64,000 bases of DNA from Dictyostelium discoideum (GCA_000004695.1 CM000153.2:4160001-4224000); one strand, 5' to 3'; shown: positions 50,642 through 63,720, counted from the first letter of the stretch. The notes: generated from the letters alone by a model not told the origin. Program-made: numbers and translations.

Positions 50642-51030
50642 TTTAAACTTTCATCAAATGATATTAATAATAAATTAGAAAAATTAGGATCAGAGGATAT
50701 TGGTAGCAGCAGTAGTAGTTTTAATAATAATAATAATAATGAAGATGGTGTAAAGAAATATACATCACCAATTAAAGTAATTGGAGTTCAAGGTAATAGT
50801 TGTATTGGATTTTCACCAGATGATAGTAGATTTGCATTTGTTTCTGGAAATGGTTCAATTTATATTGCAAAAGATATGAAGAATGATAGTTTTGAAATTG
50901 AAAATGTATTAACAGGTCATTCACATTCCGTAGATTGTTTATTATTTCATCCAAAAGAACCAATACTTGTTTCTGGTGGCTTTGACGGTATATTTATTTG
51001 GGATTATCTAAAAGGTTTTATTATTAAAAA
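50642..51030 (+). CDS. WD40-repeat protein, exon 2.
   Basis: ...GHSHSVDCLLFHPKEPILVSGGFDGIFIWD is a WD repeat. GTATAA donor in phase 2. An alternative donor at 51015 is phase-incompatible with the next exon. Confidence 0.5.
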
Positions 51031-51039
51031 GTATAAACT

Positions 51040-51070
<31 letters not shown>

Positions 51071-51124
51071 TAATAATATTAACCTAAATCTATTTTTTAT
51101 AATAATAATAATTAATAATTAAAG

Positions 51125-53030
51125 AGTTTTAACACATAAAGATATAGATTCACATGATTCAAAAGTTGAAGCATTAGCATGGTTATATAATGGAACATCA
51201 TTAGTTACAGGTAGTAAAGATTCTACGATAAAGATATGGGATTTTATGGAACAAGGATATCCATTATTAGAGACTATAACAGCACATAAAGCCCCAGTAA
51301 CATGTTTTTCAGTTAATAATGAAAGTAATATACTTGCAAGTGCTGGACGTGATTCATCGGTTAAAGTTTGGGATATATCAACATTAAGACCAGAATTTAG
51401 AAGTAAGAGATCAGATGATTCATCAATAAAAGTAACGATTCAATCAACATTGGAAGGGCATATGGGTGACGTTGTTTCAATGTATTTCAGTAGGGATGGG
51501 TCAATGTTATTTTCAGGTGCACGTGATAATGAAATTAAAGTTTGGAGTATTAAAGAACAATCGGAAATTAGATCCATTAAACAACATAAAGGTGATGTTA
51601 CATGTTTAAAACTTTTAGGTAAAGATCAATCAATTCTAATGACCTCTTCAATCGATGGTACTGTTAAATCCATTAGATTGGGTAAAATTAAATCACTAAT
51701 TGGTAATGATGTATTACAAATTGAAGAGTTAACTAAAGAAGCACAAATCATTGAATCTCAAGCTATATCTGGAAATATTCATATTAATTCCATTAGTGAT
51801 ATCAATGATCCAAATGCTGGTGAATATTTAGATATTGGTTTAGGTAGTGGTATTGGTATTGGTGGTGATAATGGCGTTGGTAGTGATAAAGATAAAGTTT
51901 TATTCTCTTTTGAACTACACGATGGTATTGGTATTGGTACAATGACATTTAGCAATTCATTAAAACTTGTGGCAACTTCAGCTGATCGTTCAATTAGAAT
52001 TTGGAGATTGCCAACCTCAAATTATTCTGATAAACCAATATTAATTCATGAGTTTGTTGGTCATAGAGGTCCTGTAAATAGTGTTCAAATCCTACCAAAT
52101 TCAAACTCAATCCTATCTGGTAGTACAGATTATAATGTTTTCCTATACAATTTAAATACAATGAAAAGAGAAATGGTTTTTAATTTTGAAGGTTCAGTTT
52201 ATACAATGTGTGTTGGTTCAAAAAATAATCAAACTGTTGTTTTCGTTGGTGGTAATCATTATGATATTAAAGGTTATTTAATTAATCAAAATGATGAAAA
52301 TAGCAATAATAATAATCAATTACCAATTGTACAATTTAATGGACATAGTGGTAAAGTTCAAACAATTGCGATTAATCCAGATTGTACAATGTTAGTAAGT
52401 GGTGGTAATGATTTTGATATATTAGTTTGGCAAATTAAAATGCCATATGTTTATCGTGGTGGTGATGAGTTTAATCAATTACAAAAACCTATTAATAAAC
52501 AATCATTTCATAAAGGTCATATCACTGGTTTATGTTTTAGTGATAATGGTAAATATTTAATTTCATCAAGTACTGATCATTCAATTGTGCTTTGGACTGT
52601 AAATTCAAATGGAAAGAAAATTAATAGAGAAATTACAATTGAAAATGCTCATAATAGCGTTGTATCGGCAATTTCATTTGGCCATGGTCAAATCTCTTCA
52701 CAATTCTTTTATTCTGGTAGTTGGGAAGGTTCAATTAGAGTTTTTGATACAAGTAATCTAAAGAAATGTTCAAAATCAATTCATGAATTTAAAGCTCATA
52801 ATTCTCGTTTATCAAGTTTAACAGTTTCATCTGATGGTTCAATTTTAATCGCTTCATTTTCTGATGGTATCATTAAAACATTTTCATCGGTTCGTCCTTG
52901 GTCCCCAATTGCTATTTACTCTCCAAATGAAAGTACTAGTTGTAATGCTTTATCTTCAAATTTTTCATTTTTTGTTAGTGGTTCTGATAATGGTTTAATT
53001 AGATGTTGGCCAACTGGTAATGAACAAATT

Positions 53031-53036
<6 letters not shown>
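51125..53036 (+). CDS. WD40-repeat protein, exon 3 (at least 10 WD repeats). The spliced protein is about 767 aa.
   Basis: ORF 51246..53036 extended to the acceptor aattaaag. There are many GH...WD repeat units. Confidence 0.65.
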
Positions 53037-53077
<41 letters not shown>

Positions 53078-53167
53078 AAAATTTAAAAATAATAAAATAA
53101 TGAATATATAAAGAAAAAAAAAAAAAGAATTTAATGTAAAATAATTATAAAATTTATTTATTTAAAT

Positions 53168-53213
<46 letters not shown>

Positions 53214-53305
53214 TTTTTTTTAAAAAAAAGTATAGAAAGTAATATTACAAATTTATATAGGATAATTTACCAATTAATAAATAAAAATAAGATAATTTTT
53301 AATTT

Positions 53306-53698
53306 TTATCTATATTGTGGTAAAATTTCACATTCATTAGTGTGTAAATTACATTCTTTTTCACCATCATAGCATGTGTAAACATTTCCAGATAAATATT
53401 TTAATTTTGGATCATGTAAACTTGAAGTAGAATGATTACAGAAAGATGTTGAAGGAATTAAACAAATTGGACAACATAAAAGAACATTTTTTTCTTTTGC
53501 CATTTTACGATCTATATAACGTGCAACTGGACGGTGAGAAGTTAAACATAATAATTTATCTACTTTATCACATCTTACACCTGAACATTCATCATTAATT
53601 TCTTCAACCTCTTCAATTTCACCATTAATTGTTATAATATTATTAAATAGGAATAATACAATTGATAATATAAATAATAATTTATATATAAATTTCAT
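53306..53698 (-). CDS. Small secreted cysteine-rich protein of about 130 aa. The family is not recognised.
   Basis: ORF 53306..53737. The likely start is the internal Met (MKFIYKLLFILSIVLFLF), which gives a signal peptide followed by 12 or more Cys. No homologue is recalled. Confidence 0.4.
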   Translation of the reverse strand: MKFIYKLLFILSIVLFLFNNIITINGEIEEVEEINDECSGVRCDKVDKLLCLTSHRPVARYIDRKMAKEKNVLLCCPICLIPSTSFCNHSTSSLHDPKLKYLSGNVYTCYDGEKECNLHTNECEILPQYR

Positions 53699-54476
53699 TT
53701 TTTTTTCTTTACAGTAAAACCTTTTTTTTTTTTCCAAACAATAATTCCTTTTTTTTTTTTCTATACAAAAATTACTTTTTTTTTTTTTGTTTTTATAAAA
53801 AAAAGTTTATAAATATGACTATAATAAAATTTAAATAATTTTTAAATTTTTATAGTTGAATTACTTTTTTTTAAAAAAAAAAAAATAAAATAATATTAAA
53901 TAAAAATATTTAATAAATATTAATTTAAAATTAAAAGAAATATCTTTTACTAAAAATAAAATGTAAATTTATAATTTGATTATTTTTGTGCTTTTAGATC
54001 TTTTTAAAAAAATTAAAAAAAATACCCAGACTTGTTGGGTTATATGACAAAACATTAATAAAAAATGTGGTTTGTCTTTTAAATTTTATAAAGTTTTATT
54101 TATTTTTTTTTTCTTTTTTTTTTTTTGTTTTGTTTGAACTGGTGAAAATAATAACACATTTACTAAACTTGTCAAAGTTGTAAAGATTTTGATGTATAGT
54201 TTTTAATTTTGCAACAAAAAAAAAATAATAAAAAAATTAAAAAGTGTTTAAAAAAAAAAAAAAAAAAAAAAAATGGGTGAATGTATAATATATGATTAAT
54301 ATATCTTTTTTTTTATTTTATTTATTTTTTTTATTTTTTTTTATTTATTTATTTTTTATTTAAAAAAAACTCTTTTATTTTAAAAGAATGTATGTACAAA
54401 TGTTTAGAATAAGTTTTAATTATTATTTACCAATTAAAAAATTAAAAAAAAAAATCAAATAATTAAAAAAGTATAA

Positions 54477-55805
54477 TTATTTAATTGTTTTAATTGGAAT
54501 TTTTTTTGATGCTGAAATATTATCAATTATTTCTCTATTATTAAAATTTAATAATGACAATGATTTTAAAGAATTATTTGAAGAAATCATTTGAGAGAAT
54601 GTTTCAGTAAATTTTGAAGTTTCAGATAACTGTTGTTTTAATTCCTTGCAACATTTATTTTTACAAGCTGTACCAATTGATAGTGCAGATAAATGTTTAT
54701 GATTAATAAGCATATCTCTAACTCTTTCAAAGTAGAAATAAAAATCTGGTTTCTCCCATGAGAAAATAGGACGTTGTTTTGATAATTCATTCTCTGTAAA
54801 CTTGTAGATCATTGAGTTTTGGCACATTTGGAATGAAAGAGATTGTAATTTGGGTAAAGATTTTAAAATGTAATAAATCTCTTTAATCGATAAAACATCT
54901 TGAAGGGATACCTTTGAAATTGATAATTTTTCCATGAATGAGAAAACTTTGGTTCCTGGTGTATAATCAACGAGTTTCTTATATTTAAAATGTGGATCTG
55001 GAGTTTCACCATCATCACCACCACCTCCATGCTGTCTTGTTGATGGATGATGACTTGGTGATGGAACAATTGATAATTTATTTGGATTAAAATACTTTAT
55101 ATAATCCATAATTGCAAATGAACTTTCATCATCACAACATGAGTCAATTTTCAATTTATTAACTTTAAATTGGCAATTAGTTGCATGAGGTATCTCTGGA
55201 AAACCGAATATATTACAATAAAGACTAATATGTAAATCAATTTTAATTGTATCATTAATTTGCGATGATGGACTTGAAGATGATGACGAAGATGGTGATG
55301 ATTGTGGTGGTGGAAGTGGTGATGATTGTGATGATGATTTGAAAACTTTATTTAAAAATTCCAAATTAAATGTTTGTTCAGTTCTAATTAATTCTTTTTG
55401 TGAAAAATATCTACAAACAACAATCTTTTCCAAATTTTTTAATTGATTTATTTTATTTTTTAATCTAAATTGAAATTGATCATCATTTTCATATTGATTC
55501 AACTTTAGTATTGAGATATTATCTTTTTTTAGAATTGATAATTCACTCTCTTTTTCATTAAATGTTAAACCATGGAAATCTTTTGAAACAATTAAATTAT
55601 TTGATAAAGTTTTGAACCAACTTTTACAAACCAAGGCAAGTGTTAAAATAAAATTAGTTTCTTTAACTTTAAAATCTTTTTTAATATTTTCTATGCAACA
55701 TAATTTATTTTTTTGATTTTTTTTATTTATATGATTACATATAATTTTAATTAAATATTTTTGAAGATAAATATTAATTGGATATTTATTTTCAATATTA
55801 TCCAT
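54477..55805 (-). CDS. Hypothetical 442-aa protein (possible F-box/LRR-like). Function unknown.
   Basis: A long single ORF with a Ser/Pro-rich linker and LRR-like periodicity. No confident family assignment. Confidence 0.45.
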   Translation of the reverse strand: MDNIENKYPINIYLQKYLIKIICNHINKKNQKNKLCCIENIKKDFKVKETNFILTLALVCKSWFKTLSNNLIVSKDFHGLTFNEKESELSILKKDNISILKLNQYENDDQFQFRLKNKINQLKNLEKIVVCRYFSQKELIRTEQTFNLEFLNKVFKSSSQSSPLPPPQSSPSSSSSSSPSSQINDTIKIDLHISLYCNIFGFPEIPHATNCQFKVNKLKIDSCCDDESSFAIMDYIKYFNPNKLSIVPSPSHHPSTRQHGGGGDDGETPDPHFKYKKLVDYTPGTKVFSFMEKLSISKVSLQDVLSIKEIYYILKSLPKLQSLSFQMCQNSMIYKFTENELSKQRPIFSWEKPDFYFYFERVRDMLINHKHLSALSIGTACKNKCCKELKQQLSETSKFTETFSQMISSNNSLKSLSLLNFNNREIIDNISASKKIPIKTIK

Positions 55806-55812
55806 TTTATTT

Positions 55813-55845
<33 letters not shown>

Positions 55846-57037
55846 CAAATTTATTTTATTTTATTTATAATATTTTAATTATTTTATTTTTATTATATTT
55901 TATTATATTTTATTTTATTTTATTTTATTTATACTTTTTTTTATATTATAATATTAATAAAGTTTTTTTTTTTTTATTTTTTTTTTAAAATTTTTTTTTT
56001 TTAATTATTATTTTTTAATTAATAGGTATTCAAATACACTTTTTTATTTATTATTAATACTATTAATTTTTTTTTTTTTTTTTTTATTGGTTTAAATACT
56101 TTTTTAAAAAATTAAAAAAAAAAAAAATGGAAAAAAAGAAAATAGATTAACTAGATCTTTGAAAAAAAAAAATAAAAATAAAAATAAAAAAAATAAATAA
56201 AATTAAAAAAAAAAAAATAAAACCTGTAATCTGTAGATGTAATAAAAATTAAATTTCAGTTAAAATAAATTTAATTTAAATAAATACAAAAAATGAAATG
56301 ACCCCCCAACTATTCAAAGATTATTATAAAATACGGAATACAAAATACAAAATAAAAAAAAATAAAAAAAAATAAAAATAAAAATAAAAAAAAATAAAAA
56401 AATGAACACAACACTGAATTAATTAAAAAAAATAAAAAATGTAAAAAAAATAAAAAAACTAAGCCGATTGTAATAAATACCTATATTAAATATCCCATAG
56501 TGCCCATCAATAAAATAAAAAGATTAAAAATTTCCTTTTATATTAAATGAATGTTGGTTGTGAAACCTCCTTTTGATTTTCATTATTCAAACCGTTTTTA
56601 AAAATCCTTTTTTTAGAAATTTTTTTTTTTTCCTATTTCCTTTTTTTTTTTTTTTTTTTTTTTTACCCAAAAATAGTATCTTCTTTTTATGAACATTACT
56701 TTTTTTACTGAAGTTTATTTTGTTGCAAGATAAAGTTCTGAAAAAAAAAAATTTCAAAAAATAATGAAAAAAATTTCAAAAAATATAAAATATTGAGATA
56801 AAAATAGAAATAAAAATAAAAAAGAATCAAAAATATTTAATCATTCATTTTTTTTTGTTTCCAAGAAATTTTAATTTATTTATTTAAATAAGTCATAAAA
56901 ATTAATTATTTTTTTTTTTATTTTTTTTTTTTTATTTTTTTTTTTTTTGAATTTTTTTTTTTTTTTTAAATTTTTTTTATTTTTACTTTTTATTATTTTT
57001 CGAAATTATCATTATCAAGCACATCAACAAATACACA

Positions 57038-57121
57038 ATGGAAAATACCAAAGAAGAACCAGGAGTTAACGGTGAAGCTCCAGTAAAGGATGAACACATC
57101 AATCTTAAAGTTAAAAACCAA
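57038..57121 (+). CDS. sumo: SUMO (small ubiquitin-like modifier), exon 1.
   Basis: MENTKEEPGVNGEAPVKDEHINLKVKNQ, then a GTGAGT donor (phase 0). Confidence 0.8.
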
Positions 57122-57243
57122 GTGAGTAATCTCTCTCAAATGAAATAAAACTGAAAGAAATAAATATTAATAAAAAAATAATAATAATAATAAAGTAAAA
57201 ATAAAATAAAACTAATTTTTTAAAAAAATAATAAACTCTTTAG

Positions 57244-57304
57244 GGCGGTGGTGAAGTATTTTTCAAAATCAAGAGATCAACACCTTTAAAGAAATTAATG
57301 GAAG
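57244..57304 (+). CDS. sumo: SUMO exon 2.
   Basis: GGGEVFFKIKRSTPLKKLME. Acceptor ctctttag. GTTTGT donor in phase 1. Confidence 0.75.
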
Positions 57305-57400
57305 GTTTGTATATTCTTAATAATTCAAATTTTAAGAATAAATAAATTTTTTTTTTTTTTTCTTTCATACTTATTAACATATTCTATTTTTTACAAATAG

Positions 57401-57552
57401 CATATTGTCAAAGACAAGGTCTTAACTATGCAAGTTGTCGTTTCTTATTTGATGGTGTTCGTGTCAAAGAAGACGCCACACCAAATCAATTAGGTATGGA
57501 GAATGAAGATGTTTTAGATTGTGCATTAATGCAAACTGGTGGTTCTTTCTAA
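57401..57552 (+). CDS. sumo: SUMO exon 3, ending ...QTGGSF*.
   Basis: AYCQRQGLNYASCRFLFDGVRVKEDATPNQLGMENEDVLDCALMQTGG is colinear with human SUMO1 [22 protein letters not shown]...LGMEEEDVIEVYQEQTGG. The total is 98 aa. Confidence 0.8.
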
Positions 57553-58364
57553 ATAGAATTTGTTTGAAATAACTTAGTGGTGTATTTAAAAAATAAAAAA
57601 AAAAAAAAAGAAAGAAAGAAAGAAGGAAGAAAAAAAAAAAAAAAAAAAAAAAAAAAACAATAAAATAGTGCATTTTGTTATAAAAAACTAAAATTTATTT
57701 TCAAATTTAGACTCAAGGTTTCAAAAATTTAAAAATAAAAAAAAAAATAGAAAAAAAAAAAAAAAAAATAACTTTTTTCATCACAAAACAAATCCCTAAA
57801 TCAATTTTTCGATCAGATCTTTTTAAATTTTAAAAAAAAAGTGGTAACTAATATTTTAAAATATTAAAATGGGCAAAATTAATAAGAAAAGTGGATAGAA
57901 AATAATTTATTTTGGGCTTTTGGATTTTTTTTTTTTTTTAAATATTTTTTTAATTAATCTTGTTTAGCTTTTTTTATTTTTGCCAGATTACTTAATATAT
58001 TTTAATCAAAAGAAATTTGACCTTTTTTTTTTTTTTTTTTTTTTTTGGAAAAGTAGTTGTAAATTTAAGAAAAAAAACAAAAAATTGAGAAAAAAAAAGA
58101 AAAAAACTGTTGGTTTGATGCCAAATTTTAGCTTTGGTACGGGCGTTAGATATTTTTTTTTTTTTAAATTTTTTTTTTTTTTAATTTTCATACCAGGCAG
58201 CAGGCAAATTTAAAATACTTCCCACCTTTATTTTCAAAGGACGGAATTAATAAATAATTAATTATTTTATTTTTTTTTTTTTTTTTGAAAAAATATTGGA
58301 GGTTATAAAAAAGTATTTTTTTTTTTTTTTTTTTTTTATTATTTATTTACATATCTCAAAAACA

Positions 58365-58457
58365 ATGAGACTCCTTTTAGTACTATTGGCACTAATTTTT
58401 AGTGTTGTTAGTGCTCAACAAAATACTTGCGCACAATTATGCAAAGATAATAAAGAC
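58365..58457 (+). CDS. Secreted Ser/Gly-rich repeat protein, exon 1 (signal peptide MRLLLVLLALIFSVVSAQQ...).
   Basis: ATG followed by a hydrophobic leader. GTATGT donor (phase 0). Confidence 0.6.
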
Positions 58458-58644
58458 GTATGTAGAATTTATTATTATTATTTTTTTTATTATTTTTTTT
58501 TTATTATTTTTTTTTGGTATCAATTTTTTAACTAATCAAAAAATTTTGGGTGTTTTTGGAATTAATTTTTTTTTTTTTTTGATATTTTTTTTTCTTTTGA
58601 TAATTTTTTTTTTTTTGATATTTTTTTATTTTTTTTATTTATAG

Positions 58645-60017
58645 ATGTGTTGTTCATTATCAAAAAATAGTGAATATTTATTAACAACACACAACAAAGA
58701 AGAAAAAACTCAATCATGTGGCGATAAATTCAATTCAGAAGATTATTATGTAGCAGGATCAAACCGTTTTGGTTGTGGTAACTCTGTTACCATTTGTAAG
58801 GTACAATCAGATGACTCAAAGATTGAAATTACTCCAAATCGTAGATTTGGTCATCATGGTGGTGGCGTTGCTGGCTCAATTGCCAATGCCGCTTCATCAA
58901 TTTCTTCAGTTGCAAATTCAGTCTCATCAATGACTAATTCAGTTTCATCATTAGCAAATTCAGTTTCATCATTAGCTGGTTCAATGTCATCATCAGGTTC
59001 ATCATCATCATCAGGTTCATCAGGTTCATCATCATCATCATCAGGTTCATCAGGTGGTGGTTCATCAGGTGGTGGTTCAGGTGGCGGTGGTGGTGGTTCA
59101 GGTTTAGTTGTTGGTAAAGAACGTAGATTTGGTAAACATGGTGGTGGTGGTATTGCAGGTTCAATGAATTCAGCTGCAACCTCTTTATCATCATTAGCAT
59201 CAGATGTTTCTTCAGTTGCATCTGTTGTATCATCACTTTCAAGTTCATCATCAGCTGATGCTGGTTCATCAGGTGCCCAAGGTAGTGGTTCAACCAGTGG
59301 TGATGGTAATGCTCCACCAGGTTCAACTGGTGGTACAGGTGGTTCATCTGGTTCATCAGGTGGTGGTTCTGGTGGCGGTGGTGGTGGTTCTGGATTAGTT
59401 GTTGGAGAACGTAAATTTGGTCATCACGGTGGTGGTGGTGTTGCTGGTTCAATTGCCAACGCCGCTTCATCAATTGCCTCTGTTGCAAATTCAGTCTCAT
59501 CAATGACAAATTCAGTTTCATCATTAGCTAACTCAGTTTCATCATTAGCTGGTTCAATGTCATCTTCAGGTTCATCAAGTTCATCAGGTTCATCAGGTTC
59601 ATCATCATCATCTTCATCTTCAGGTTCATCAGGTGGTAGCTCAGGTGGTGGTTCATCAGGTGGTGGTTCAGGTGGTGGCGGTGGTGGTTCTGGATTAGTT
59701 GTTGGAGAACGTAAATTTGGTCATCACGGTGGTGGTGGTGTTGCTGGTTCAATCGCTAATGCCGCTTCATCAATTGCCTCTGTTGCAAATTCAGTCTCAT
59801 CAATGACCAATTCAGTTTCATCATTAGCTAACTCAGTTTCATCATTAGCTGGTTCATCATCATCATCAGGTTCATCAGGTTCATCATCATCATCATCATC
59901 ATCAGGTTCATCAGGTGGTTCATCAGGTGGTTCATCAGGTGGCGGTGGTGGTTCAGGTGAATTATTATCACAAAACCAAGTTTTCGCTACTTGTGTTAGA
60001 GTTATTTCAACCAATGT
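58645..60017 (+). CDS. Secreted Ser/Gly-rich repeat protein, exon 2: a Cys-containing N-domain and three repeats of about 100 aa (RRFGHHGGGVAGSIANAASSI.SVANSVSSMTNSVSSLANSVSSLAGS...poly-S/G).
   Basis: ORF 58645..60021. Acceptor tttatag. GTAAGT donor at 60018 in phase 2. Confidence 0.65.
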
Positions 60018-60105
60018 GTAAGTTTTTTTTTTTTTTTCCAATAATTATATTTCTGAATATTTTCTAACTCGAAATTTTTAAATTAATTTTAAAAAAAAAA
60101 AATAG

Positions 60106-60358
60106 TGGACCAAATGTTGATATTGAAGATAAAATTGGTAAACCAATTATGGATGCATCAACAAAAGTTTGCGAGGATCTCTTTGGATCACCATATTGTC
60201 AATGGACCGATAACCATATTGTTACTGCTGTTTCAAGCAAATTAGATGATGGTTTCCCAACTCAAGGTGCATTCAATGTTACTCGTTCTCAATACGGTTA
60301 CATCATGGAAAATGGCCATTATTTAAATAATAAAGGAAACTCTGTTAGAATTAATTAA
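60106..60358 (+). CDS. Secreted Ser/Gly-rich repeat protein, exon 3 (Cys-containing C-terminal globular domain).
   Basis: Acceptor aaaatag at 60104-60105. In frame with ORF 60149..60358. Confidence 0.6.
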
Positions 60359-61428
60359 ATAAATAATATATTAAACTAAGAATATAAAAAAAAAAAAAAT
60401 AAAAAAAAAAAAAATAAAAAAAAAATAAAATAAAAGATTGTACAAATTATATAAAAAAATAAAAAGAAAGTTTTTTAATTATTAAAGAAAAATTTAAATA
60501 ATACCCTTAGTAGTTATGGAGAAAAGTTATTCTAACGAAATACTAAAAAAAAAAAAAAAAAAAAAAAATATTTCATTTATTTTTATTTTCGAAGATAATT
60601 TCAAACACTATTAGAATCAATAGTGTTAATTATAAACCAATTAATTTTTTTTCTATCATTCTATTACATCGAGAAGGTTTATCAATTCGAAAAAAGTTAA
60701 ATATTAATTTTTTAAAAAAAAGGGCAAAGTCGTCATCAAAATTTAAAAATTTAAAAAATCCTGAAAAAATGGAAAATATCTTTTTTCCTTTTTTTTTCCT
60801 CATTTTTCTTTTTCTTTTTCTTTTTCGTCACCAAAAAAAAATAATAATCAAACAAATTCAATTTATCTTTTTTTAAAACAAATAGAAATCAATAATAAGT
60901 AATAAAAAAATTATGATTAATTTCTTAAATTAAAAATTTAAAATTTAAAAATTAAAGAGCCTATACACAAATATTTATTTCTTAAAACAAAATATTAAAA
61001 AAAAAAAATAAAAACTTCCCCAAATCAGTTTATTTTTGATTTTTTTAATTTTTTTTTTTTTTTTTAATTTTTTTTATTTTTTTTAGATTTTTAATTTTTT
61101 TTTTTATTATTTTTTTTTTTTTTTTTATTTTTCCTTTCAATCCGTTTTCCTATTTTTACGTTGTGTTTTTTTTTTTATATTTTTTTTTTTATCTAAAGCC
61201 AAACCAATACTTATATAAATATATATCTAATATAATTTATTGTAAATTTATTATTTTTATTATTATTATTATTGTTTAATTTTTTTTTTTTTCACATTAA
61301 AAAATAAACAACACCACATAATTATTATTATTATTAAATTAAAGAGTAATAAATTATATATAAATATACATCATCAAATCGATAGTTTTTTTTCCCAACA
61401 CTAAATAAATAAAATAAATAAATAAATA

Positions 61429-61563
61429 ATGGAATATCACGATGATGAAGTAGGTTTCAAACCAGATCCAGTTTTTACAAACTCTAGACCAAAATGGGTT
61501 GAAGATTCACACTGCCACAATTGTCATAAATGTAAAGCTAGTTTTACACTTTTAAATAGAAGA
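61429..61563 (+). CDS. Small FYVE zinc-finger protein, exon 1.
   Basis: ...RPKWVEDSHCHNCHKCKASFTLLNRR carries the WxxD and first Cys pair. GTAAGT donor (phase 0). Confidence 0.7.
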
Positions 61564-61720
61564 GTAAGTTTATTTTAATATAGAATTATAGGTTTTTAGT
61601 CATTTTTGGGTAAATTCAAAATAAATAAAAACAAAATCAATCAATACAGAAAGAAAAAAAAAAAAATTAAAAAATAAAGATTAGATTATTAATCAGGTGT
61701 ATATTTTTTATAAAATTTAG

Positions 61721-61852
<132 letters not shown>

Positions 61853-62146
61853 AATTTAAATAATAAAGAAAAAAAAAAAAAAAAAAAAAACAAAAAATAT
61901 AGCCTACCAACAAAAACAACAACACAACAGCAATAATAAAATAATAAGAATAAGATGATAACAATAATGATAATAATAATAATGATAATAACAATAATTT
62001 GTAAGTTACAATAATCCAATCGACCTCCAAAAATTAAATAAAAAAAAAAAAAAAAAAATTAAAAAATAAAGAAAATAAAAATAAAATAGTGGTCAGTAGG
62101 TAATTGTATACACTGAACCCAATTTATTGAACTGCTATTTTAATTT

Positions 62147-62181
<35 letters not shown>

Positions 62182-62259
62182 TAATATACTCTCCCTTTTG
62201 TCTGTGTTTTTATTTTAATTTTTTATTTTATTTTATTTTATTTTATTTTATTTAAAAGT

Positions 62260-63563
62260 TTAATCATATTGTAAAATAGATAAAGATAAAGCTTTATGTA
62301 AAAGTACATTTGTAAAAGTATCATCCCTAATTGATAAACTTTGATGATAGTAATCGATTGCTTCGTCGAAATTACCTTGAAGGTGATGAGTGAAACCCAA
62401 AGCACTATAAGTGGAAGGATTATTTGGTAATAATGATAATGACATTGTATAATAGTGTAATGCTAATTCAAACTTTCTTAATTTTCTATAACAATGGGCT
62501 AAATTATAAATTGTTGGTTCCCATGATTCTAAATATGCTATCATAGTTTTATTATTACTACTATTCTTCTTTTGATTATTTGAAGTAGTTGTTGTAGTGG
62601 TAGTGGTTCTTCTATTATTATTATTATTATTATTATTGCCAATACCACTACTACCTACGCCACTAAAACTAATATTTGATAAATTTAAATTATGATAATT
62701 TGAAGATGATGAAGAAGAAGAGGAGGCTTTACTTTTAATTTTACAAATTTCTAAAGCAGTTTCAAATAATTTAATAGCTTCATTATATTGTGAATTCTTA
62801 TATTCAATGATACCCAATTCATTGAAAATCATTGGATCATAAGGACAGATATCTTTGGCTTGTAAGATATATTGTGATGCTAAATTTAAATTATGTACTC
62901 TAATCAATTCCATACCAATACATAATAGTGGTAAATGACAACCTGTTAATAATCTTGAAGAAGTTCTATAAGCAGCCATAGCTTGATCATGTTCACCTTT
63001 ACTTGCAAAGAAATGTCCAAATCCTAACCAAGATGCACCCATTCTACTATCTAATGTTGTTGATTTCGTAAAGAATCTTTGAGTTTGATCTGAATTTTGA
63101 ATTAAATGATAATAACATGCTACGCCATACCAAGAGATAGCACCACCATTACCACTACTACCGCCATGTGAACCACCACCACCACCGCCATGTGAACCAC
63201 CATGTGAACCATTATTCAATGATGAAGTAAAACTATCAACTAATTGATGACAGGTGAAATAAAGTTCATTAGTTAATTGTAATTCAAACATTGATGAGAT
63301 ATTTACCATCAAACAAATTTGATTAGAATAATATTTATCTTGTTTTAAAATTCTCTTTGTAATTGAATAACTCTCTTGAAATTGGTGTCTATAAAAATAA
63401 TATTCTGATATCCATGTTTGTATATCATTACATTCAATTAATTTCTTTCTAATTTCATTAATTGTTATTAAATTATTATTTTCTTGTTTCTTTGATGGTG
63501 ATGATGATGATGATGATAATGTTTTTACACTAATTAAATCTTCTGTTGATATATCATTATTAC

Positions 63564-63628
<65 letters not shown>

Positions 63629-63720
63629 GCACCAAATGTGTTGTTATTACTATTTTGGTGATTTAAAGAATCATATAGTTCTAAATATTTATAATTGAAT
63701 GTAAATTTAGGACTGTCATA
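62260..63720 (-). CDS. anapc6: Anaphase-promoting complex subunit CDC16/APC6 (TPR-repeat protein), the 3' exon.
   Basis: YNLAHCYRKLRKFELALHYYTMSLSLLPNNPSTYSALGFTHHLQGNFDEAIDYYHQSLSIRDDTF matches human CDC16 NLGHVCRKLKKYAEALDYHRQALVLIPQNASTYSAIGYIHSLMGNFENAVDYFHTALGLRRDDTF. The ORF continues upstream of the track start (a TTG) to the acceptor tttttatag. Confidence 0.8.
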
